A DNA stretch of 63,092 bases, counting the filler, from Octopus bimaculoides (taxonomy: Eukaryota), in assembly GCF_001194135.2 (NCBI RefSeq). It is 6 parts of 6 records of this genome, joined end to end, with 100 filler letters (N's around TTAATTAATTAA, not from the genome) between each part and the next. Parts side by side here need not be neighbours in the genome. Positions count along the whole stretch, not along the records: positions 52,212 to 58,550 come from NC_068988.1; positions 58,651 to 60,546 come from NC_068985.1; positions 60,647 to 63,092 come from NC_068994.1; 3 more parts are not named here. One strand, given 5' to 3'. Positions 52,610-63,092 of the stretch are shown here, piece by piece; the stretch's first letter is position 1, and each line of letters begins with the position of its first letter. Made by a program: the position numbers and the translations under genes. The notes under the pieces are model-generated. The model made no database searches. It saw nothing but the letters and a program-made list of their open reading frames with translations, and was not told where the DNA came from.

Positions 52610-54300
52610 TAATCTCTGTTGTGATGGGAGATTTCAACGCAAATTTGGATTGGGAGGAAGAAATGAAGGAGAACGATTAGTTACCATAAAAAATGCGAAG
52701 AATAGACAAAAAAAAAAGAAAAACAAAAACCTTACATCGGGAACAGCTTATTAATAAAAAAAAATCTGGAAGGAGATGAATCTGGATAACCCCAAATGCT
52801 CAGCATCGAAACGAGATCAGGTAAGACCTGATCTACAAATGAATCGTTCTGCAAGTTATCTCAGTCGTATCGCCATTCAATACTGGTAGCAACCATCGCT
52901 TGCTGAGGGTGAGGTGGTGGGTGATGCTGGTGTTATCTCTCTTATCTTGCTATCAGGAAGGAAACCTGGTTTTAGCTTGAAGAAATCGATAAGGATTATA
53001 ATTCCCTCATCAGAAAATAGAAAGCTACAAGTGGAAAGCGAGCAATGTACACTCATATGAACTGGACAGATGGATTTGATGAAGCAACAAAGAAAACGCT
53101 TGAGGAACGGAAGACTACGAACAGGAACATGAAAGATCACTTTGAATATTCCGTTCACAAGAGGATAAGACAACGCGTGGAAAGAGACTGTGAGAAGTAT
53201 AAACTGAAGAATTTGTTGTGGGTTGCAGAAAAAAGAAAAACTTCTAAAGGGCTTCTAAAAATCGCGAGCGACGACGCTCACGAACACATATGGGCTGATA
53301 GTGACGGACAAAAGAAAAATAGAGACAGCCTGCAGAACCACATGCACCAATCTTTTAAAGTCATCAGTGACGTTCGATCCTCCACCGCCACAAGTATCTG
53401 AAGAAGCATCACTCATTTGAAATTCTTTTCTCCTCTAGGCACAAGGTCGATAAATTAAGTACGCAACTGGTACTTAATTTATCGACCCCGAAAGGATAAA
53501 AGGCAAAGTCGACCTTGGCGGAATTTGAACTCAGAACGTAAAGACAGACGAAATACCGCTAAGCATTTCGCCCGGCGTGCTAACGTTTCTGCCAGCTCGC
53601 CTCCTTGAAGTATCAATCATTTGAAACTGAGAATGCTTTAAAGCTGGTGAAGTGAGATAAAATCCCGGAAATGATGGTATAACAACTGAAAAACTAAGGA
53701 GTGGAGGAAAGTAGCTGTGGAAAACCATCGTTCTACGTTACAATCAATATTTGAAAAGGGGAAAATACTCTCACTGTAGAAGGATTCGAATACTATCTTG
53801 GTTTATAAAATTGGTGATAAAGAAGACTTGAGTAACTATTACCACATATACTTCGGCTCATCTCTACAAACTGCTTACAAAGGTCATAGCCACCAGACTA
53901 TCGAAAAAACCTCAACGACCAACAACTGAGGGAGCAACGAATTTCACTCTAAAACAGCTTCTACAATGAGCGAAAGTGTATAAGCCGCCTCTTTGCGCTG
54001 CCTTCGTTGATTACAAAAAGGCCTTCAGTAACACCGACGCGAATTCATTGTTGAAGAGGGTGTCGAGGCCCAGTGTATCAAACTTCTCAGGGTGGATAAC
54101 ACCGAGATAGCTCAGCTGTTACCACCTGTAAGCATTCCAGTTGAGAAAGGCATTAAACAAGTAGATGCCATCTTTCCAAAGCCTTTTCCTGCGTGTCTCG
54201 TAATGGCCATAAGAGATATTGAATACAAAGGAGGCATCAACATCAGCGACGAGGTTCTAACACCACCGATTTGCAGATGACATCGGGCTCATCGCAGACC
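52610..54300 (+). mobile_element. decayed RTE-clade LINE (APE endonuclease to RT), interrupted by a family B SINE
   Basis: VMGDFNA; YKIGDKEDLSNY; HLYKLLTKVIATRL; AFVDYKKAF; KGIKQVDAIFPKPF; GINISDEVL; RFADDIGLIA. Confidence 0.9.
53425..53605 (-). mobile_element. SINE family B, best-preserved copy
   Basis: Minus strand GGCGAGCTGGCAGAAACGTTAGCACGCCGGGCGAAATGCTTAGCGGTATTTCGTCTGTCTTTACGTTCTGAGTTCAAATTCCGCC. Confidence 0.92.
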
Positions 54301-54374
54301 ATATTGAAAGAAGTGGAACCTAAGGTACACTTGAGAATACATCTCATGAAACCAAAATATATGGTGTCTGAAAA

Positions 54375-54410
<36 letters not shown>

Positions 54411-54717
54411 NNNNNNNNNNNNNNNNNNNNNNNNNNNNNNNNNNNNNNNNNNNNNNNNNNNNNNNNNNNNNNNNNNNNNNNNNNNNNNNNNNNNNNNNNN
54501 NNNNNNNNNNNNNNNNNNNNNNNNNNNNNNNNNNNNNNNNNNNNNNNNNNNNNNNNNNNNNNNNNNNNNNNNNNNNNNNNNNNNNNNNNNNNNNNNNNNN
54601 NNNNNNNNNNNNNNNNNNNNNNNNNNNNNNNNNNNNNNNNNNNNNNNNNNNNNNNNNNNNNNNNNNNNNNNNNNNNNNNNNNNNNNNNNNNNNNNNNNNN
54701 NNNNNNNNNNTATATAT

Positions 54718-55085
54718 ATGCAGGCGTGACTGTGATAAGAAGCTTTCTTTCCAACCACATGGTTCCGGGTTCAGTTCCACTGCGTGGCACCTTGTGAGTG
54801 GATTTGGTAGGCGGAAACTGAAAAAAAGCCTGTCACCTATATACTTGTATATATATTTGTGTGTTTGTGTCTGTTTGTCCCTTCACTATCGCTTGACAAC
54901 TGATCTTGATGTGTTTATGTCCCCGTAACTTGCGGTTCGGCAAAAGAGGCCGATAGAATATATACCAGGCTTAAAAAGAATAGGTACCAGGCTTACAAAA
55001 AATAAGTCCAGGGGTCGATTTCTTCGGCTAAAAGGCCTTGCTCCAGCATGGCCACAGTCAAAATGACTGAAACAAGTAAAAGAAT
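54718..55085 (+). mobile_element. SINE family A with internal deletion
   Basis: Family A head and tail motifs. Confidence 0.88.
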
Positions 55086-55299
55086 ACATACATACACACA
55101 TATGAGGCACTGGTATCCAAGTAAGGGCCATTTATAAATGGCTCAGGTACGAGGTTAGATGCCACAGCTTAAGTGAGGTTTGCTTGTGAAGAACTGTAGC
55201 GCAACCGTAGTGGTGGTGATATGAAAGGAAATGCAGAAAAGCAACCGGGTTATAAGAATATATGAAATTGCTACTTCTATGTAGCTTAGCATAGGATGT

Positions 55300-55590
55300 G
55301 ACAGTGACACTAACAGGTTATTACAAAATTTGCCATTCCCAGTGATGATCACAAGAAGAGACTAATTCCAGTTTCGAATTTAACACATTCAGTGGGTGCA
55401 TTAGTATTTTGTACTTATCAGATAAACAGAGGCATTTCAGTTCATTGATAAGCATGGGCACGGTTTCAATAATTGACCAGCTAATCTCGAAATTATAGAT
55501 ACTACTTCCCTTCAGGTCCCAAACAGAATTAGACAGTGTGTTAGTACTTCTTCTATGTCTGTATATGATCAAATGAGTGTTGTTTAAATA
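55300..55590 (-). mobile_element. Penelope-like GIY-YIG C-terminal remnant of a different lineage
   Basis: STNTLSNSVWDLK..YNFEISWSIIE...CLCLSDKYKIL...LNSKLELVSSCDH fits the PLE tail LSxYxWxLK..IxWxI..CxLCLxEK..LNxRxEL.SxCxH. Confidence 0.75.
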
Positions 55591-55735
55591 ATGTTTCTAA
55601 AGTTTTTCCAATTAGACCCATGCAGCTTTTCCATCGTTGCTGTTTCCGATAGAGATTTCCGTTTAGCTCACTGCATTTTATTTTGGAAGCATTTACCATC
55701 TATTGGGCAGGTATTAGTGACAAGAAAGTTGCAGT

Positions 55736-55775
<40 letters not shown>

Positions 55776-56732
55776 GGTTTGTGCATTTCATTGTGTCAGA
55801 TTTTTCAGTTTGATTTCAGTTACGGAGGTGGCAAAGTTAAGGAAACAAAAATATCCCTCTTAACAATGCTTCTACTGGAGATCTTATGGCGCTTATGGTT
55901 TGAGGAAAGTGTTTATTTGTTAGGTGTTAAAAAATCACGTAAGCCAAATGTATTGTTCCATCTTGGTGCGTGACGTATTTTTTCTTTAAATTCGCTTCTA
56001 TGTATTGCGCCATTGCAATACTCTATAACGCAGAATATGATTACGTGTTTGTATGCATGTACACTTTTGCCTGTATGTGTGTATGTGGGAGTGGTTGCGC
56101 ACGAGCTTACATGGGAGTGTATACGTATAATCTATTAATTTACATACATGATCCATACCACGTTTATGAACTGTAACACCAGCGATTCTTCAAATTTATA
56201 TTTTCTTGACCACTGAATTTATTTCTGTTAGAAAAGTTCGCTATTTTACTTCTCTCGTTTCGACTAGTACTTTGGCATGAAAATGTTGACCCGTTAATAA
56301 TTTCGATAGTATTATCAGCAACACACACACACACTTTATCTCCTCAAAATTGCTGACCTCATGCTAAAATTAGAAAACGTTCTTTAAAGGCAGTGGATTG
56401 GTAGAATCGTTAGAGTGTCGGACAATATGCATGGTAGTATTTCTTTCTTAATTTTACGTCCTGAGTTCAAATCTCGCCGAGGTTAATTTCACCTTTCGTT
56501 TCTCCGTGGTGAATAAAATAAAGTACCAATCAGGTGGTCGGCGACGAAACCGGTTACCTTACTTGAGTAGCTTGCTACTCTTGTGAGGAGGGTGCCTGGA
56601 GCCCCAGCAGGATTAAAAGCAAGACCTATCAAACGGTGGGCCCTGGTGGGCCAATGGCCATCCAATTGGGAAAGGTAATGGCAAACTACCCCACTATCTC
56701 TGTCAAAAATACACAGAAAAATTCAGAACGCA

Positions 56733-57104
56733 GTTGTTGGCACTCCGTCGCTTACGACGTCGAGGGTTCCAGTTGATCCGATCAACGGAACAGCCTGCTC
56801 GTAAAATTAACGTGCAAGTGGCTGAGCACTCCACAGACACGTGTACCCTTAACGTAGTTCTCGGGGACATTCAGCGTGACAAGGCTGAACCTTTGAATTA
56901 CAGGCACAACAGAAACAGGAAGTAAGAGTGAGAGAAAGTTGTGGTGAAAGAGTACAGCAGGGTTCGCCACAATCCCCTGCCGGAGCCACGTGGAGCTTTA
57001 GGTGTTTTCGCTCAATAAACACTCACAACATCCGGTCTGGGAATCGAAACCGCGATCCTATGACCGCGAGTCCGCTGCCCTAACCACTGGGCCATTGCGC
57101 CTCC
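56733..57104 (-). mobile_element. full-length SINE, family C
   Basis: Reverse complement of 29793-30180. Confidence 0.93.
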
Positions 57105-57912
57105 CCAGAATGCAGTAATGCTGTGGTTTCATCCGATGGGATAACTCACGTTTAATCGGGAGGAGATTTCGTTGTAGTGTCGTCAACGCGCTACAAAAGT
57201 ATACTCTACGTGACGATGACGACTGATAAAGTACTGGGGTTGACTTACTCGACTATACTAACTCTCCTTAATTTCAGGTCATGTTCCTGAAATTTAGAAA
57301 TGGTAGTGTGAGAGGCAAAATATCCAGTGGTAATTAAAAAAAAAAGTTATTGTATTTATTTTGCGTTCGAATCCCACCAAAGTCATCTTTGCCTTTCAAT
57401 CTTGCAAGAGTGAAATACTTGAATCGATTTTATTCGCTTTAACATTTCCAGAAAATTTGTGATCCTGTGCCGTTGTTCGAAGCCATTAAAAAAACATTGT
57501 TACGATGTGTAAAATGCTTATTCAAATAATAGGTAAGAAAGAAAGAAAATATAACGAGTTAAAGGAAATAGTTCAAATGCACCGATGGTATCATGATATG
57601 AGCCGATGTAGGCTATTTCTCCCTAGGCTGTTTTATTTATAATTGGTCAAGAATATACTTTTTTTTCTATATGCGCAAGTCTCCCTAGTGATCTGCAGGT
57701 TTGGGTAGACTATACTCTTCTGATGAAGTCAAATAGACCGAAATATGCCCGCGGTTGTTCCTTACTTACATGTACCAAGTTGATGCTTTTAGAAAGAAAG
57801 ATTCCAGGCGTCAGCAGCAATAAGACCAATAAATCCAATAAAGTGTGACATGATATCGCTCACCTTGTATTATATCGAAGACTAAAGCGAAAGTAAGACT
57901 ATGAACAAGATG

Positions 57913-58240
57913 TATTGGGTCGTCCTGTAAATAATGTGGTTTTTTCAATTGCATGAGCTAAAAGTCGGAGGGGGACGGGATAAACTACCTGCATCAACTA
58001 CTTATAAAAGCAGGTAGTAATTTTGCCTTGTGCTTATTCTTAGTGCAAGTTTTGAAGAGTAGTATATTCGACATATTTCGCTTTATGAGTTCAATTAACG
58101 GCAACAACGCAACGGAAAGTGCGAGGAATATTAATGCAGTATATGGAGATCGGATAATAAGTGTAAGCACGTGTCAACAGTAGTTCCATAAATTCCGAGC
58201 CGGAAACTACAGCCTAGAAGACGAACCTCGCCCTAGGCCA
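57913..58240 (+). mobile_element. mariner 5' fragment (TIR and HTH)
   Basis: TIR-like TATTGGGTCGTCCTGTAAATAATGTGG; IRHISLYEFN..NNATESARNINAVYGD...KFRAGNYSLEDEPRP. Confidence 0.8.
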
Positions 58241-58382
58241 TGTGGCCTTCAGAAGTTCAGATAAGATTTTGTTGTTAAAATTTATGTGCAATACTTCTGC
58301 ACTACACAAAATATTTTAGTTTTCTATACAATGCCTATTATTATTATATTCAATAAGAATTATGTAATAAATATTATTATAT

Positions 58383-58550
58383 AGGCGCGGGAGTGGCTGT
58401 GTGGTAAGTAGCTTGCTTACCAACCACATGGTTCCAGGTTCATTCCCACTGCGTGGCACCTTGGGCAAGTGTCTTCTACTATAGCCTCGGGCCGACCAAA
58501 GCCTTGGATTTGGTAGACGGAAACTGAAAGAAGCCCGTCGTATATATGTA
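58383..58550 (+). mobile_element. SINE family A, 5' half
   Basis: AGGCGCGGGAGTGGCTGTGTGGTAAGTAGCTTGCTTACC. Confidence 0.92.
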
Positions 58551-58695
58551 NNNNNNNNNNNNNNNNNNNNNNNNNNNNNNNNNNNNNNNNNNNNTTAATT
58601 AATTAANNNNNNNNNNNNNNNNNNNNNNNNNNNNNNNNNNNNNNNNNNNNTATATATATATAATATAATATAATATATATATGTGTGTGTGTGTT

Positions 58696-58726
<31 letters not shown>

Positions 58727-58777
58727 GCGTGTGTGTATGTGTATGTATATATACATATATACGTACATATATTTACA

Positions 58778-59920
58778 TACTAGCAGCTAAGCCCGGTTTC
58801 ACCCGGTATGTTTGGATGATGTGGCCGTGATCTTTTTTCGGTTAGGCATAATCTATAACAGTGTTTCTCAACCTCATCATATCGGGTCCCCTGTTTCAAT
58901 TGAGGCCTCCAGCTGTATTAAAATTTCCTGAGTCCCTCTCCCTTGTCAGAAAACACCTTCAGAATTTGTGAAGAATGAATTTGTACTTTGTCTGTTTCTG
59001 AGAGCTAGTCTATTCGACCTCTCTCTAGTCATTAAAACATTGATTTATTTATGAACATAGAATAAAATTATACAATAATCCCTATTTTTGTTAGCAGTTG
59101 TATCCGTAAAAGTGTTATTTGCAGAGAGCAGAAATTGAAAGAAGATATATGAAAAGGACCTGTGTGTGTATGAGCGTGCGTGCTTGCGCGTGTGTATGTG
59201 AGAAAGAAAGAGGGTGAGAAAGTGAGTTAGTGAAGGTGTGTGTCGTGATGATTGATGTATTTGTACGTTGTCTGTTTCTGAGAGCTATTCTATTGGACCT
59301 CTCTCTAAATTGAAAGAAGCAGAAATTGTAAGAAGATATATGAAATGTGTGTGTGTGTGTGTGTGTATGTGTGTGTATGCGTGTGTATGTGAGCATGCGT
59401 GCTTCCACGTGTGTATGTGAGAGAGAAAGAGTGAGAAAGAGAGATAGAGGGAGTGAGTGAAGGTGTATGTCATGATGATTGACGTCTTTTAATGTACACA
59501 CACATACATAGAAAATGTCATCGTATAAAATTTTTACGATAGCTGATTTATGGAAAAGGTTATGTTTAATTTTTGAAATGCAAATATGTGAATGAAAATT
59601 AAGATCAGACCTTTACATGTTAGCTAGACCTGGTAGAAATAGCAGCCAAAACTCCCTCAAATCAACCTACTGTCTTAATGCAACAACTCTTCCTATTATG
59701 TAGTTTGAAAACTCCTCAAGAATGAATTTGTACGTAGTCTGTTTGTGAGAGCTATTCTATTAGACCTCTGTCTAATCATGAAAACATTGATTTAATTACG
59801 AACATAGAAAGAAATTATATATTAAACCCTATTTTTGTAAGCAGTTCTATCCGTTAAAATTTTATTTCCAGAGAGCAAAAAGTGAAAGAAGATATATGAA
59901 ATGGACGTGTGTGTGCGTGT
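58778..59920 (+). repeat. Helitron-like start followed by three local copies of a ~200-300-bp unit
   Basis: TACTAGCAGCTAAGCCCGGTTTCACCCGG start; unit AAGAATGAATTTGTAC..GTCTGTTT.TGAGAGCTA.TCTATT.GACCTCT...AAAGAAGATATATGAAA at ~58970, ~59260 (shortened) and ~59718. Confidence 0.7.
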
Positions 59921-59940
59921 GTGTGTGTGTTTCTGTCTAA

Positions 59941-59950
59941 TTTGGCGGGA
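59941..59950 (+). promoter_or_regulatory. E2F-like site 80 bp upstream of the candidate start codon
   Basis: TTTGGCGGGA matches the E2F/DP consensus. Confidence 0.45.
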
Positions 59951-60020
59951 GTCTTGCAGACAGCACGAGGTGGTTCGTGTTTATCTCTCGAGTCGAATTG
60001 TTAATTTGTCTGTAATAGCA

Positions 60021-60095
60021 ATGCCCGGACTCGTCAAATTATCTTCGTTTTTTACTCCTTCGCCTGCTGTTAAAGGAGCCAGGAGCCATTCTCCG
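60021..60095 (+). CDS. UNG: probable first coding exon; resembles the N-terminus of nuclear uracil-DNA glycosylase (UNG2-like PIP-box exon)
   Basis: ATG..MPGLVKLSSFFTPSPAVKGARSHSP then CCG|GTAAGT donor; aligns by eye with human UNG2 MIGQKTLYSFFSPSPARKR. The catalytic exons are not in the window. Confidence 0.55.
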
Positions 60096-60649
60096 GTAAG
60101 TTGAAAAAACTGGTATCGTTAGATCGCCTTTTACCCATTGATATTGAGTAATTCACTTACAAATTGTAACATACTTCTTTGTTTCATTGTGTTAAATAAA
60201 TGGATTGTCAATAAACTTTTTTCTTCGGCGTCAAATATAGACAAAACTCTTTCGCTCCCAAAGTAATATGTGGGGGGAAGAGTGAGAGGGGGGAGAAAGT
60301 TGAATGATTTAAAATAAATATATTTTAATTCTTGTGTGAGAAAGCATATATAATCTCATTATAAAATATAGCGTCTTTCAAAAACATCCTATATTTGAAA
60401 CTATATCTCATGTTTAAGAAAAAAAAAAGCATTTTACGCTGACACTCTGTTTTCCTTACTCCACCTACCTTTTCTTTCTGTCTCCTTTTCCCACTCTTTA
60501 CTTCTTTTGTTAGACACTGGCAAACAATCTCTATCTTTCCCTCACCNNNNNNNNNNNNNNNNNNNNNNNNNNNNNNNNNNNNNNNNNNNNTTAATTAATT
60601 AANNNNNNNNNNNNNNNNNNNNNNNNNNNNNNNNNNNNNNNNNNNNAAA

Positions 60650-60870
60650 AGACACAATTTCGAGCGTGGCCGTTTTCGTGCGGGTGACACGTAAAAGCAC
60701 CCACTACACTCTCTGAGTGGTTGGCATTAGGAAGGGCATCCAGCTGTAGAAACTCTGCCAAATTAGATTGGAGCCTGGTGTAGCCATCTGGTTGCACCAG
60801 TCCTCAGTCAAATCGTCCAACCCATGCTAGCATGGAAAGCGGACGTTAGACGATGATGATGATGATGATA
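60650..60870 (+). mobile_element. RTE-type 3' UTR/tail, same family as 14.0k and 17.0k
   Basis: GGTTGGCATTAGGAAGGGCATCCAGCTGTAGAAAC...CCAACCCATGCTAGCATGGAAAGCGGACGTTAGACGATGATGATG. Confidence 0.88.
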
Positions 60871-61044
60871 TATATATATATATATATGTATATATTGAAT
60901 ACAAGGTAAGTCTACATTAATTCCTATCTTTGTTTTCTTGTGATTTGCTTTGCATTTACTTTGCATTGTTCTGGCCTTACCCACAATCCTTTATACAATA
61001 TATTCTACACAATGCTTCGTAGTAATTATTCCATTATAATATAT

Positions 61045-61445
61045 ATATACGTTTTTCTTTTATTCTTTACTCTTTTACTTGTTTCAGTCATTTGACTGCA
61101 GCCATACTGGAGCACCATCTTTAGTCGAGCAAATCAACCCCAGGACTTATTCTTTGTAAGCCTAGTACTTATTCTATTGGTCTCTTTTGCCGAACTGTTA
61201 AGTTACGGGGACGTAAACACACCAGCATCAGTTGTCAAGTGAAGTTGCGCGGACAAACACACACACGCACACACACATATATACATACAACAAGCTTCTT
61301 TCAGTTTCTGTCTATCAAACCCACTTGCAAGGCTTTGATCAGCCTGAGGCTATAGTAGAAGACACTTGCCCAAGGTGCCACGCAGTGGGATTGAACCCAG
61401 AACCATGTGGCTGGTAAGCAAGCTACTTACCACACAGCCACTCAG
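61045..61445 (-). mobile_element. SINE family A, full length
   Basis: Reverse complement of the family A consensus. Confidence 0.92.
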
Positions 61446-61709
61446 ACTCCTGATGTAAAATCATGTGTGAAAGTTTGCTTACAAAAACAATACTACAAAC
61501 TAATAATTATGGTTCTCAAATCTGACAGAAAGAAGCAAGATTGTAAATGGCTAGCATACTCATGAAAACAAAGGGATGCGAGTTCAAGTCCCATGTATAC
61601 AGGAAAACATACTTTTTTTCATCCAGGGCTTATATACCCTTTATTAGACTATTTTCTTTAGTCATTGCACAGTGATCACTTATAAGCTTTAAGCTTATAA
61701 AATAATATA

Positions 61710-62110
61710 AGGAGTGGCTGTGTGGTAAGTAGCTTGCTTACCAAGCACATGGTTCCGGGTTCAGTCCCACTGCGTGGCACCTTGGGAAAGTGTCTTCTAC
61801 TATAGCCTCGGGCCGACCAAAGCCTTGTGAGTGGATTTGGTAGACGGAAACTAAAAGAAGACCGTCGTATATACATATATGTATATATATATATATATAT
61901 ATATGTGTTTGTGTGTCTGTGTTTGTCCCCCCACCATCGCTTGAGAACCGATGCTGGTGTGTTTACGTCCCCGTAACTTAGCGGTTCGGCAAAAAGAGAC
62001 CGATAGAATAAGTACTAGGCTTACAAAGAATAAGTCCTGGGGTCGATTTTCTCGACTAAAGGCGTTGCTCCAGCATGGCCGCAGTCAAATGACTGAAACA
62101 AGTAAAAGAA
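61710..62110 (+). mobile_element. SINE family A, full length, near-consensus
   Basis: GGAGTGGCTGTGTGGTAAGTAGCTTGC...GCAGTCAAATGACTGAAACAAGTAAAAGA. Confidence 0.95.
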
Positions 62111-62129
62111 TATATATATATATAGGTTC

Positions 62130-62640
62130 AAAAAAAGGAAAAAGACAAAAAACAACGTGAGGACGTAATACAGATTGTGCTACAAGACGCTCGGGAAAGG
62201 AAAGAGAGAGAGAGTATGACGTTTCGAGCGGAGCTCTTCGTCGGAATCAAGGAAAGTTCAAAGAAGGGAAAAACGGAGGAAGAAAAAATCGCCACCGGAT
62301 TAGACGGAGGAGGGGCAAACAAATTTTATAGGGGGGGTCGCATGACCGTAATATGTACAACATATTATCGAAAGCGAAAATCGCCAAAATGAAAAAATAA
62401 AAAAGTTACAGCGGTTTTCCTTAGTCTCTAATCCCAATGTGCAGCTATACATATATATATAACAAATAATAAATGAGTATATGCATATATACGTACAAGT
62501 ATGTGCATACCTACATCTACCTGTATATATAGGTGCATATGGTACAGGACGTTGCAAACAAAACGTAGACAAAAAATAATAATAACCAGAGTACAGAAAA
62601 CACACAGGCCAAATAGAGAACATTTTCCTTCATCAGCTGC
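62130..62640 (-). mobile_element. LTR-like repeat with a hammerhead-like motif at 62214-62248
   Basis: Minus strand CCGACGA-A-GAGC-TCC-GCTC-GAAAC-GTC; joins the 17.9k-type and 20.7k-type repeats into one ~500-bp unit. Confidence 0.7.
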
Positions 62641-62667
62641 CCCCATTCTAACACAGGCGTTTAAATT

Positions 62668-62721
62668 TAATAAATGGAGTAACACGCCCATGTTAACATA
62701 GGCGTATTACTCCATTTATTA
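62668..62721. repeat. 54-bp near-perfect palindrome
   Basis: TAATAAATGGAGTAACACGCCCATGTT|AACATAGGCGTATTACTCCATTTATTA, with two mismatches. Confidence 0.92.
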
Positions 62722-62879
62722 CATTTTTATATTTACTCAAATGCCCAAAATAACAGGGAGTTACTACCTCATAAACAGGAGTTACACCACAGTCATTTTG
62801 TGATCTTTGCTACCCTGGTATCTATTAACCAATCTATTTTGTCGGAGTTAATTATTAACTAAGGGAAAATAAATACATA

Positions 62880-62929
<50 letters not shown>

Positions 62930-63092
62930 GTGTACATCTAAACACATGAGAAAACTACCTTCAACAGGCAGTTTTTACAGGCTAGAAGAAGTAGTCAAAA
63001 CGACCAAAACTACATTTAAGAGCAATCTTCAAAAGGAATGAAAAATAAAAACTTCTTACCTTGTTATTTTATTCCGGTCAGACTTAGGTTTC

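Noticed and set aside
53045-53401. 118-aa ORF as a host gene
   Set aside because: It lies between the APE and RT remnants of the RTE LINE and is its linker region.
57720-57743. CTGATGA-AGTC-AAATA-GACC-GAAA hammerhead-like core
   Set aside because: No convincing stem I, stem III or NUH triplet in either topology.
57864-57924. Minus-strand 61-bp exon with good splice sites
   Set aside because: The acceptor lies within a mariner TIR and the phase is incompatible with the 50744 exon.

Overview
AT-rich, gap-riddled eukaryotic genomic DNA dominated by microsatellites and transposon remnants. The SINE repertoire and repeat style point to a cephalopod, most likely Octopus; this is inference from recognition, not from a search. 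No complete gene, rRNA, true tRNA or CRISPR array is present. Recognisable elements are: several Penelope-like (GIY-YIG) fragments and LTR-like repeats carrying hammerhead-ribozyme motifs; R4/Dong-type restriction-like-endonuclease (RLE) LINEs embedded in (AAT)n or (TACA)n arrays; RTE and Tx1/L1-like LINE fragments; mariner/pogo elements and MITEs; a decayed hAT-like transposase; two fold-back MITEs; and three abundant tRNA-derived SINE families. Host-gene signals are a probable first coding exon on + at 60021-60095, resembling the PIP-box N-terminus of nuclear uracil-DNA glycosylase and lying behind an E2F-like site, and a probable internal exon on - at 50525-50744 of an unidentified protein. 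The most interesting structure is a Penelope 3' end followed by a tRNA-like Pol III promoter, an (AAT)n tract and a minimal type I hammerhead, together with further hammerhead motifs that show compensatory stem changes. Coordinates and identities were read by eye; element edges are approximate unless termini are quoted.
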